Source: Armatimonadota bacterium (lineage in GTDB: Bacteria > Armatimonadota > UBA5829 > DTLH01). From it: 64,000 nt of DNA. The stretch spans positions 32,001 to 96,000 of the forward strand of contig JBDKUN010000050.1 of the NCBI GenBank assembly GCA_039679675.1, in the 5' to 3' direction. Shown piece by piece: positions 31,102 through 39,883 of this stretch (position 1 is its first letter; every line of letters begins with the position of its first letter). A program made the position numbers and the translations under genes. The notes beneath the pieces are model-generated. The model was not told the origin of the DNA, made no database searches, and saw only the letters and a list, made by a program, of their open reading frames with translations.

Positions 31102-31316
31102 CTCCTTACCCGCTCTGTTCGTTGTCTGTTAATATTATACCCATATGTAGTGAACAGAATGGATTAGTGGAGAATCGTACTTCGGGACAACGAAACACGA
31201 GATACAGGAAATTTACAATTAGACAGATAAGTAAGTTTGCATAGGATACAATGAGCCGCCATCGGTTCAACGACATCATATTTAGTTTCAAATACTCTTG
31301 GGGGAAACAAATTATC

Positions 31317-31874
31317 ATGACAACCGCTGAATGGATTGCTTTAATGGTTGCAGGAATTAGTCTATTCGGAACTGTGTTTGTTGCGATCCTTAATATATCC
31401 ATCTTTCGAAAACAAGAATACATAAAGAACCACTTGAATATGGGGTTACTTGAATATCAAATCAAGTTTCCTAAGCGCCACGAAAAAGAACTCCAACTAG
31501 TTCCTACTATAGAAAAAATGGTAGAGGAACTATGGTACGACTTTAAACAGAACCGATTTGATGAGTCAAATAATCGGTATCTATACCTCGATATCCCCTT
31601 TTTCCTATCATGTAAGCGGCTATATCTACCTTCTAGCCTCGTAGATGCACTAGAAGAACTATCATTGTTAAATTTCCAAGGGCGTGTTTTGGAAAGGCAA
31701 CTAAATAATGCGGATATTAATACAATCGTTAAGCAGGATCTAGAAAAATCAGTCAATGAAACTGCTACCAAAATGGAAGCTGCATTTGATAATGTCAACA
31801 AGGAATTACGACACATACTTGGTTATCTGGATAATGTTAGCAAAACAAAGAAGTCTAGAAATCGTAAAAAGTAG
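31317..31874 (+). CDS. Hypothetical membrane-anchored protein, AT-rich
   Basis: N-terminal TM helix; ORF of 185 aa from ATG 31317. Confidence 0.65.
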   Translation: MTTAEWIALMVAGISLFGTVFVAILNISIFRKQEYIKNHLNMGLLEYQIKFPKRHEKELQLVPTIEKMVEELWYDFKQNRFDESNNRYLYLDIPFFLSCKRLYLPSSLVDALEELSLLNFQGRVLERQLNNADINTIVKQDLEKSVNETATKMEAAFDNVNKELRHILGYLDNVSKTKKSRNRKK

Positions 31875-32113
31875 ATGTTATGCTGTAGACTTCCACTATC
31901 TGTAGGATCCATGTTTCCAAACAAGAAAAGACTGCGACTGATGGCGGCCACTACACATATTGGTGGATGCCGATGGAAAAGCGGAAGCTGGCGCTTCCGC
32001 ACTCCAAAGAAATTGGTGGAGATTTACAGTATAAGTGCAAATGCTGTAAATCTCCACCTTCCGCGTTTCCTCTTATTCCGCGTCTCCGCGGTTCGAAAGC
32101 TGATAGCTGACAA

Positions 32114-32830
32114 CTACCCTGTCTTCTTCTTCCCCAACTCCCCCTTTTCCAGCCGGATTACGGGCGTGGGGCGGCGGACATAGCGCGGCACAAGGCCAAA
32201 GAGGTCGTCTGTGTCGTTTTTCACCAACCGGTCGATGCCGAGCTTTGCCAGGATAGACGGGCGCGGCGTGTTGAACCACTCCGGGAGGATGCTTTCTTCG
32301 CCAAACGTCGATGCCAGGAGCCCATGGTTTCTTGCAGCTCCGTCGCCGCAGAAGACGATCTTTTTCTCCTTTTTGGCGACATCAACCATCTCTTCCACGG
32401 TCGATGCGGTGTCTTCGACTACTTTCTGGAGTTTTCCATCTTCCCATCTGTAGAGCGCCCAGAATACATCGCCGGGCCTTGCGTGGATTAAGGTTGCGAT
32501 AGACCTCGGACATGCGGCAGCGGCTCCCTCAGCAAGCACGTCCAGAGTCGGCACACCTGCTACCGGCCTGCCGAGCACCTGCGCAATAGATTTCGCCGTA
32601 GCCATGCCGATTCTGAGCCCAGTAAACGACCCCGGCCCAAGCGCTATGATGACTCCGTCCAGTTCAGCCCTGCTTTTACCGGCATCTGTCAGTATCCGGT
32701 CTATATTCGGGACCAGACGCTTCAAAAGGTCCATTTTCTGCCGGAAACTGAGCTCCGTTAAAAATTTCGATTCAGTTGCGAGCGCAAGTCCCGCAACGTC
32801 GCCTGATGTATCAATCGCAAGTGCGAGCAT
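32114..32830 (-). CDS. tsaB: tRNA threonylcarbamoyladenosine biosynthesis protein TsaB
   Basis: LAIDTS and GPGSFTGLRIG; overlaps tsaE. Confidence 0.95.
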   Translation of the reverse strand: MLALAIDTSGDVAGLALATESKFLTELSFRQKMDLLKRLVPNIDRILTDAGKSRAELDGVIIALGPGSFTGLRIGMATAKSIAQVLGRPVAGVPTLDVLAEGAAAACPRSIATLIHARPGDVFWALYRWEDGKLQKVVEDTASTVEEMVDVAKKEKKIVFCGDGAARNHGLLASTFGEESILPEWFNTPRPSILAKLGIDRLVKNDTDDLFGLVPRYVRRPTPVIRLEKGELGKKKTG

Positions 32831-33305
32831 TACCTACCACCGATTCTATAATCTCGTTCAGCCGCTCGGACGTGGCGCTGATTTGTATTTTCCTACGGTC
32901 ATCGCCTGCATATCCGAGGTTTATTTCTATATGTTCAGCGGGAAGGAGCTTCGGCGCACGGTCCGCCCATTCGATTACCACTATTCCATCGCCGTAGAGG
33001 TATTCTTCCAGCCCAAGGAACTCTATGTCCTCGTCCCCGCTCAATCTGTAAAGATCGACATGATAGAATGGCACTCTTCCGGCGTGTTCATGGATGAGCG
33101 TAAATGTTGGGCTGTGTATCTCGGCTTCCACACCGGCTCCCAGGGCAATGCCCTTAGTCATAGTCGTCTTACCCGCTCCGAGGTCGCCGTAGAGTGCGAT
33201 CACGTCTCCCGGCCCAAGCCGCGAACCGAGTGACTCACCGAACACAATAGTCTCTTCAGCGTTATCCGTGCATACAGTAAACATGTCTTTCATCATCACA
33301 TTCAT
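32811..33305 (-). CDS. tsaE: tRNA threonylcarbamoyladenosine ATPase TsaE
   Basis: GDLGAGKT, SPTFTL, HVDLYRL and IEW. Confidence 0.95.
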   Translation of the reverse strand: MNVMMKDMFTVCTDNAEETIVFGESLGSRLGPGDVIALYGDLGAGKTTMTKGIALGAGVEAEIHSPTFTLIHEHAGRVPFYHVDLYRLSGDEDIEFLGLEEYLYGDGIVVIEWADRAPKLLPAEHIEINLGYAGDDRRKIQISATSERLNEIIESVVGNARTCD

Positions 33306-33407
33306 TATTACCCCTGCGCCTGTGAAGAGTTCAATAAAAGGGGCCGAATTCCCTCCATGTACGGCAAAAGCAGCGGATTAACCCGCTGCCTTATGCCGGA
33401 TCGGTAT

Positions 33408-34580
33408 TCAATTGTTCTGTCGAGCAGTATCTGCTTCTTCCACACTACTCGGCGGATTTACAATAGAATCATCAGCAATATCCAGCTCTATCAGGTGCTC
33501 GGTTATCTTGCTGTGGTCATGGCGGTGATGGATGTCCGGCGCATGCGGGTGCGTGTGCACCAGGAGTTCGTGTTTATGCATGTGCGAATGCGCCCCATTA
33601 CCGCAATAACCATCCTCATGAGTATGGTTGTGATGCATATCATCGTGGCGGTGGCGGTGCTCATGTTCTATCGGAAGATGCTTATGGACATGACAGTGAT
33701 TCTCACCCAGCAGGAGGATAGCCCCTGCAATCATGAGCGGCACAGCCAGCAAAAACGGCATACTCGGTAGTTCGCGGAATAGAATGAACGAAAGTATCGC
33801 TCCGATAAATGGCGCCGTGCCGAAATAGGCGCTTGTTCTTGCCGCTCCGAGGCCGCGCATCGCGAGTACGGTCAACATGATACACATTCCGTAGCTTATG
33901 CTGCCGATCAACAATGCTGCAAGGACAATCGTTATGCCGGGGAGGCTTCGGCCAAGGACAAGCGCCGGAATCAGCGTAAAAGTGCCTGCGCACAACCCAT
34001 ATATGGTAACTATCTTGAGCGGGTCTTTGGAGGAAATATTCCTGAGCAGGTTATTGTTCAGACCCCAAAGCACACAGGTTGTAATCACACCGAGAGCACC
34101 GATTGAAATGCCCCAACCGCCCGAAGTATCAAGCGACAGTAGTATACCGGCTGCTGTAATGAAACCTATAGCCGTCCATATCCGCGGCCCCGCAGCCTCC
34201 TGAAAGAGCAGTGAAGCGATAAGTATCGTGGCAACGCCTTCAAAATTGAACAACATCGAGGCTGTCGCCGCGGGAGTGACTCTGAGGCTGACCATGAGAA
34301 TGATAGGAGCGGCCATGCCGCCTATAACAGTGGCTCCGGCGAGCCATGGAATGTCTGCTCTCTCAAGCGGCGCTTCTGCTTTATCGCACTTCCGCCCGAT
34401 ACCCCTTAAAAGCACAAACAGCAGGGAACTGATGCCGCTGCCGATGTACAAAAATGCTGCCAGGAGAAGAGGATCGATTTTTCCGAGAAGCATCTTTGAA
34501 AAAGGCATGCTCGCGCCGAAAAGCGCTGCGGCCAGGATAGCCTGCACCGTGGCCTTAACAAAGGATTTGGATTTTATCAA
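33408..34580 (-). CDS. EamA/DMT transporter with His-rich C-terminal tail
   Basis: About 10 TM helices; [16 protein letters not shown]...[15 protein letters not shown]. Confidence 0.88.
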   Translation of the reverse strand: MIKSKSFVKATVQAILAAALFGASMPFSKMLLGKIDPLLLAAFLYIGSGISSLLFVLLRGIGRKCDKAEAPLERADIPWLAGATVIGGMAAPIILMVSLRVTPAATASMLFNFEGVATILIASLLFQEAAGPRIWTAIGFITAAGILLSLDTSGGWGISIGALGVITTCVLWGLNNNLLRNISSKDPLKIVTIYGLCAGTFTLIPALVLGRSLPGITIVLAALLIGSISYGMCIMLTVLAMRGLGAARTSAYFGTAPFIGAILSFILFRELPSMPFLLAVPLMIAGAILLLGENHCHVHKHLPIEHEHRHRHDDMHHNHTHEDGYCGNGAHSHMHKHELLVHTHPHAPDIHHRHDHSKITEHLIELDIADDSIVNPPSSVEEADTARQNN

Positions 34581-36454
34581 TGAACAGTCCTCGCCAATTG
34601 TTCCAAATGCACCGCTAGGATGGCAATGTCCGCGGGAGTAACTCCCGGAATACGGGATGCCTGGCCAAGCGTGAGCGGCCTCACCTTCGAAAGTTTGTCC
34701 TTAGCCTCACATGAAAGCGCTCTTATGGAACTGAAATCAATATTTTCCGGCACCGACTTGACCTCAAGCCTCCGGTTTCTTTCAACTTGAGCAAGCTCCC
34801 GGTCTATGTAGCCCTGATATTTGACCGAAAGCTCAACCTGCTCCGCCGCGTCCGGCTCCAACCTGCCGTTGCTCGATGCGCGGATTATGTCCTGATACGA
34901 TACTTCCGGCCTTCTGAGTATTTCTTCAAGACTTGCGGGCCTGCCGAGAGATTCTATGCCTATCAGATCGAGTTTGTCGCTCTCATTCGGCTTGATAAAC
35001 GTGCTTTCAAGCCGAATGAGTTCTTTGTCTATAAATTCTTTTTTATGATTGAGCGCAGCCCACCGCTCATCACCTGCAAGCCCGATCTCTCTTCCGAGCG
35101 GGGTCAGCCTGAGGTCAGCGTTGTCTTGTCTTAGTAGCAGCCTGTACTCCGCGCGGGATGTCAGGAGCCTGTACGGGTCCATCACGCCCTTCGTCACCAG
35201 ATCATCGATCATCACGCCGATGTAGCCGAGGTTCCTGGGGACTATTACGGCATCTCTCCCCTGCACCTTCATCGCGGCGTTGATTCCCGCCATAAGCCCC
35301 TGCGCGGCGGCTTCTTCATAGCCTGAAGTCCCATTCAACTGCCCTGCGAAGAAGAGCCCTTCCACCGGTTTCGTCTCAAGGCTCGGCTTGAGCTGAGTCG
35401 GCTGCGCGAAATCGTATTCGATGGCATAGCCCGGACGGATCATCTCCGCTTCTTCGAGCCCCGGAATGGTCGCGATGAACTCGTGCTGCACGTCTTCCGG
35501 CATGGATGTGGACATCCCCTGCACGTAGATTTCATCGGTGTCCCAACCCTCCTGCTCCAGAAAGACCTGGTGCCGCTCCCTGTTCGGGAACCTGACGACC
35601 TTGTCCTCGATTGAAGGGCAGTAGCGCGGCCCGATGCCGTTTATCCGCCCGCCGTACATAGCAGAACGGCTGAGATTGGTCCGGATGACATCATGCGTCC
35701 GCTCGTTCGTATACGTGAGCCAGCAGGGAAGGAGCCCTTCCCGCTTCACCAACGGCGTCATAAACGAAAATGCCAGCGGTTCAGGGTCGGACGGCTGAAT
35801 TTCCGTCTTGGAGAAGTCGATTGTGCGCTTGTCGAGCCTGGGCGTCGTGCCGGTCTTCAGCCTCCCAAGCTCTATCCCGTTCTCTCGAAGGCTTTCAGAG
35901 AGCGCGTTTGCCGGAGGCTCGTCCGCTCTTCCGGCGGGGTAGCTGGTTTCTCCTATGTGGATGAGCCCACGAAGAAAAGTACCGGTAGTGACGACGGCGG
36001 TCTTGCATGAGAACTCCTCGCCGCTTGCCAGCCTTACCCCTGCAATCCTTGAACGTCCGGAAGCCGGACGTTCGATAATCAGATCTTCGACCAGACCTTC
36101 TTTGAGCTCCAGGTTCGGCTGAGCTTCGATAACCCGCCGCATCTCCCGGCTGTAGAGCTTCTTGTCGGCCTGAGCGCGTATCGCCCGGACGGCAGGGCCC
36201 TTCCCGGTGTTAAGCATCCGAATATGTGTATATGTAGCATCGATAGCGAGGCCCATCTGCCCGCCGAGCGCATCGATCTCCCGCACGAGATGGCCCTTTG
36301 CAGGCCCGCCGATGGAGCAGTTACACGGCATGAGTGAGACTTTGTCCGCGTTTATTGTGAGAAGAAGCGTCCTGCAGCCGAGCCTTGCCGCCGCAAGCGC
36401 AGCCTCACTCCCCGCGTGCCCCGCACCGATGACTATAACTTCGTAATAATTCAT
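34577..36454 (-). CDS. mnmG: tRNA U34 carboxymethylaminomethyl modification enzyme
   Basis: [32 protein letters not shown] and [12 protein letters not shown]. Confidence 0.98.
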   Translation of the reverse strand: MNYYEVIVIGAGHAGSEAALAAARLGCRTLLLTINADKVSLMPCNCSIGGPAKGHLVREIDALGGQMGLAIDATYTHIRMLNTGKGPAVRAIRAQADKKLYSREMRRVIEAQPNLELKEGLVEDLIIERPASGRSRIAGVRLASGEEFSCKTAVVTTGTFLRGLIHIGETSYPAGRADEPPANALSESLRENGIELGRLKTGTTPRLDKRTIDFSKTEIQPSDPEPLAFSFMTPLVKREGLLPCWLTYTNERTHDVIRTNLSRSAMYGGRINGIGPRYCPSIEDKVVRFPNRERHQVFLEQEGWDTDEIYVQGMSTSMPEDVQHEFIATIPGLEEAEMIRPGYAIEYDFAQPTQLKPSLETKPVEGLFFAGQLNGTSGYEEAAAQGLMAGINAAMKVQGRDAVIVPRNLGYIGVMIDDLVTKGVMDPYRLLTSRAEYRLLLRQDNADLRLTPLGREIGLAGDERWAALNHKKEFIDKELIRLESTFIKPNESDKLDLIGIESLGRPASLEEILRRPEVSYQDIIRASSNGRLEPDAAEQVELSVKYQGYIDRELAQVERNRRLEVKSVPENIDFSSIRALSCEAKDKLSKVRPLTLGQASRIPGVTPADIAILAVHLEQLARTVH

Positions 36455-36530
36455 ACCTTACTATTATATCACGGGGAAAGAGAGAACAGATGACGGAGAA
36501 CAGAAGGATTTGGGATATAGAGTTAAGGTT

Positions 36531-36579
36531 ACAAATTCAAATAGCTGGTTTCGGCAAAAAAACGCACGTCGAAACATCA
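36531..36579. repeat. ~50 bp direct repeat, left copy
   Basis: acaaattcaaa..ctggtttcggc..aaaaaacgc.cgtcgaaacatca; second copy at 39160-39209. Confidence 0.8.
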
Positions 36580-36702
36580 CAAGCTCGCATGAAAAGATTT
36601 GTGTGTTTTTCTGTCACATTAGAAGGAATATGGCTGGCAGGCGAAGAACAATAGGTGTAAATACATCGGGTGCAGTTTGGCCCGGCAATGGAGGATAACG
36701 CC

Positions 36703-37770
36703 TTGTCCGGTTCTGCAAAACAACGATCAAAGAATCACTTCAGATTTCATCATCCTTATGCACTTATCGCTTCTCTGTTGGTCCTTCTTATCAGTGGATT
36801 GGCTGTTTGGGCATATTCAGGTGCTCAGGCTAAGATCACAGCATCTGTCGAAGTCTCTACCAAAACCACCTCCCCTGTTACACTTGCCCCTGATACTCAG
36901 GTAGCGGTATTCACAGCTAGAACGGGGCAGTGGATAAAGACCCCATTTGCAGATGTAAAGCCAGGTAGTGAATTCACCTACAGCGGCCATTTCTACAGAT
37001 TGACTGATTCCGGCAAGGCAGAGATGCTCCCTGGCATTGATGTCAGCAAGCTGGCAGATGCCGACAGTCCTTATGACAAAACTAATCACCGCGCACCCCA
37101 GGCAGATGATGTCGTTCAGGTGCTGAGCAAAGAGATACGGGTTGTGGGACACGCTGTGCTTAGGACAGTGGAGCCCGGCACCAGAATCTGTTTTCAAGGA
37201 AGGGCTTACGATCTGGCGACAGACCGCAGCCTCTTGGACACAGGCATTGTGTCCGCAAGAGTGACAAAGACATTCCAGCATACTGGTTCGAATGCGGCCA
37301 ACACTCTCATTGATGTGACCATCCGAACGCTAGATGGTAAGCAGAGTGTTCTCCATGCAACGCCAAACCACCCGTTCTACGTGCCGAACCGCAAGCAGTA
37401 TGTTGAGCTGGGGGAACTGAAACCGGGAACTAGGCTTAAAACTGCTGACTATGGAGAAGCTACCATTGTGGCAATGAACACCCGCAATGGCAAGTTCGAT
37501 GTCTATAACCTGGAGGTCGAGGGACCGCACAACTACCATGTCGGCGATCAGAAGGTGCTGGTGCACAATAAGCCGCAAATCTCCAATCTTAATAAGAGAG
37601 CTGGCGACTTAATTAGTGGAGGGCTAAAACGCGTGAAAGGCTATCCCAGCAATCTGGAGGATTTGACTTATCAGCAGATTCTGGAGGAAGTAGATAATGG
37701 AACCCCAGGCGCACAGTTGATGAAAAAGTTAATAGAACAAAGTAAACGGCTAAAAGGCAAAGGTTACTAA
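36703..37770 (+). CDS. Secreted polymorphic toxin: signal peptide, Hint domain, 66 aa C-terminal tip
   Basis: ATPNHPFYV, ELKPG and VYNLEVEGPHNYHVG...VLVHN. GGAGG precedes TTG 36703 (ATG 36688 is an alternative start). Confidence 0.85.
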   Translation: MSGSAKQRSKNHFRFHHPYALIASLLVLLISGLAVWAYSGAQAKITASVEVSTKTTSPVTLAPDTQVAVFTARTGQWIKTPFADVKPGSEFTYSGHFYRLTDSGKAEMLPGIDVSKLADADSPYDKTNHRAPQADDVVQVLSKEIRVVGHAVLRTVEPGTRICFQGRAYDLATDRSLLDTGIVSARVTKTFQHTGSNAANTLIDVTIRTLDGKQSVLHATPNHPFYVPNRKQYVELGELKPGTRLKTADYGEATIVAMNTRNGKFDVYNLEVEGPHNYHVGDQKVLVHNKPQISNLNKRAGDLISGGLKRVKGYPSNLEDLTYQQILEEVDNGTPGAQLMKKLIEQSKRLKGKGY

Positions 37771-37771
37771 T

Positions 37772-38281
37772 ATGGCAGACGGGTATATGCTTCTAGAGAC
37801 TATCAATAGGATAAGGTCGTTGGCACAGGAAAACAAATATGACGAGATACTGAATCTAATATCTTTACTAGAAAAGTCTGAACATCTGCCTCCAAGCATC
37901 CTTGTCTGGAAGGGAGTCAGCATACAGCTTTCATCAGGGAAGACTGCAGTTAACCTGAACGATGCTGAGCTTGCATTTAGGATGGCTGTGGACATCGACA
38001 GCCGATGCGTTGAGGCCATACTTGAGTTGGCATGGTTCCTCTATGCGGTGCGCGACGATGCCATCGAGGCAGTAGCTTTGTTCGAACAGGCGTTGGCTAT
38101 CTCTCGCCAGCAGGCAGCAGACTCAGTAATAGGCGTGATACAATGTTTGCTGGAAATGGAAGGCAGACAACATGCTTTACGGTATCTGAAAGAGTCCCTT
38201 AATCCCATATATTCTTCAGAAGATGCCTGCAAGCTAGCTAAATTGAAGCATGAGATCGAGATGAATGCAAATGGCAAATAA
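37772..38281 (+). CDS. TPR-like protein, candidate immunity protein
   Basis: Starts 1 nt after the toxin stop; TPR-like helices (AELAFRMAVDID, AVALFEQAL). Confidence 0.65.
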   Translation: MADGYMLLETINRIRSLAQENKYDEILNLISLLEKSEHLPPSILVWKGVSIQLSSGKTAVNLNDAELAFRMAVDIDSRCVEAILELAWFLYAVRDDAIEAVALFEQALAISRQQAADSVIGVIQCLLEMEGRQHALRYLKESLNPIYSSEDACKLAKLKHEIEMNANGK

Positions 38282-38318
38282 TCCTTTGGTAATTTAAGCA
38301 TCACCTTAAGGCATACAT

Positions 38319-38606
38319 ATGATTATCCACGTTTCTGAGTTGGCAAAGATCAGTGAGAAGTTGATTGCTCATCTTCGAGAGGTTGCCGGAGAGGTAATCG
38401 ATGTTCCTGTCGATTGCTATTGGAACATCCCAAAAGCTCAGAAGTATAACGCTTATCAGGAGCCTTCTGAGCTTGATATGGGGCAACTATCTGATGACTG
38501 GAATGAGTTGCAGAAAGTGCTGGAGAAGCATTTCGAACCACTTACGCATGACTTTGTTCCATTGGCAGCAATTCTGAGAGCATTAGGGGAGCACACGCTC
38601 CTCTAG
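38319..38606 (+). CDS. Small acidic protein, candidate second immunity protein
   Basis: 95 aa; YWNIP...GQLSDDW; third gene of the toxin cassette. Confidence 0.6.
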   Translation: MIIHVSELAKISEKLIAHLREVAGEVIDVPVDCYWNIPKAQKYNAYQEPSELDMGQLSDDWNELQKVLEKHFEPLTHDFVPLAAILRALGEHTLL

Positions 38607-38731
38607 TAAGCAAACTCATTGCTCTTCCCGCCCTCATTATGCTTTTGGAGTCTTGCTTTCAGGTCAGAAGTGAGGCCTGTATAGCGTTGATTGGGAAAAT
38701 CTATGCTTTGTATGAGGTAAATGTACTTCAC
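38603..38731 (-). pseudogene. Truncated GIY-YIG nuclease
   Basis: MKYIYLIQS...RYTGLTSDLKARLQKHNEGG then a stop at 42 aa; C-terminal half with the catalytic Glu is absent. Confidence 0.75.
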
Positions 38732-38820
38732 AGGTTTGCTCCAGACCTCCGAGTACTGCTTATTCTGAGATTAATGGTAGTAGAGAAAGCCCACCGTCGC
38801 TTTCGTTCCTCAAGCTATGG

Positions 38821-39093
38821 CGGGACTCGAACCCGGGTCCAAAGAAGAGCTGACAGAGGCTTCTACGAGCGTATCCCGCGTTTTAATTCTCACTTGTCAG
38901 ACTCCCACAGGCGGGATTCCTTCAAGCCAGTTCGTATTGTGTCCTCTTCCCGTTACGAACGTATAGGAAGGAGCAATTCGGCTCTATTGACACCTGTATC
39001 CGGTCACGCCGAACTAGACCGGGCAGATGCGCTAGCTAATTAAGCAGCGAGTGCGTACTGATTTGTGCCGTTTATTGGCTTGCCGCTTTTGAT
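38821..39093 (-). ncRNA. ssrA: tmRNA, incomplete (canonical 5' and 3' acceptor ends not found)
   Basis: Tag frame ATAAAC|GGC ACA AAT CAG TAC GCA CTC GCT GCT TAA = GTNQYALAA* (39040-39069). Also GTAGAAG...GGACCCGGGTTCGAGTCCCG T-arm. Confidence 0.85.
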
Positions 39094-39159
39094 TATGCTT
39101 CGGGACCGCAGTTACCCCGTGGACCCACCGAACCACGAGGAGTCGAAGCACGATTCTCC

Positions 39160-39209
39160 ACAAATTCAAAGAACTGGTTTCGGCGCAAAAAACGCGCGTC
39201 GAAACATCA
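39160..39209. repeat. ~50 bp direct repeat, right copy
   Basis: Matches 36531-36579 with a few mismatches; contains the hairpin gtttcggcgc/gcgtcgaaac. Confidence 0.8.
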
Positions 39210-39280
39210 AAGACTATGACCGATACTCGTCAAGCCGAGGCGCGCTTTTTTAGTATTCAGTGGTCAGCTATTAGACAGAT

Positions 39281-39787
39281 TCACCACTTTGTCACGTCGG
39301 CGCTTTCAACCCTTATTGCGCCGCCTTTCTTCTTATATTTGATAATCAAGTATGGGTCCGCTGCCCGCCATCTGAACCACGCCAAAGCTCTTTGGTCCGG
39401 GCTGGGAAATGCTAATAAACGATACATAGCTACAACATCATCACAATCGGCCTCAGGTTTACCCAGCAGAGAGAGGACTTCATCTTTGGCCATACCTTTG
39501 TGCAGATGATGAGAAAACAGGTCATTGATCATTTTCGTCCGCCGGTTGTCGTGAACTGGCCCACAGCTCCAACCGATATCGACCATTCCATCGGCCGTAC
39601 GCCACACCTCTTTGTCGAAAGGAATATCCTGCCAACCACCAAAATATGTGGAAACTCCCAGCAGATTTACGACTCCGAAATCAGCAAATATGGATATGCT
39701 TATTCCTATGGCCCCAACAAGCACGATAGCCATCAATACTACCCACCAGCGATTCCTACGGACTGACCAATTGAGCTTAAATATCAT
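39281..39787 (-). CDS. Hypothetical membrane-anchored protein (SmpA/OmlA-like motif)
   Basis: TM helix, FDKEVW and GMAKDEVLSLLGKP. Confidence 0.65.
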   Translation of the reverse strand: MIFKLNWSVRRNRWWVVLMAIVLVGAIGISISIFADFGVVNLLGVSTYFGGWQDIPFDKEVWRTADGMVDIGWSCGPVHDNRRTKMINDLFSHHLHKGMAKDEVLSLLGKPEADCDDVVAMYRLLAFPSPDQRALAWFRWRAADPYLIIKYKKKGGAIRVESADVTKW

Positions 39788-39883
39788 TTTGTTCTCCAGC
39801 CCTGTTTGTACTACGATGAACATCATGATGGGCCGGAAAATCCATCCCCATTCGGGGCATGATCCCCCGGCCCATCAGTGGTT

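Noticed and set aside
37240..37569. Classical self-splicing intein
   Set aside because: No N-terminal Cys/Ser block and the residue after HN is Lys; fits a pretoxin Hint domain.
38639..39253. ORFs 38639-39043 and 39065-39253
   Set aside because: They are antisense to the tmRNA, GIY-YIG remnant and repeats.
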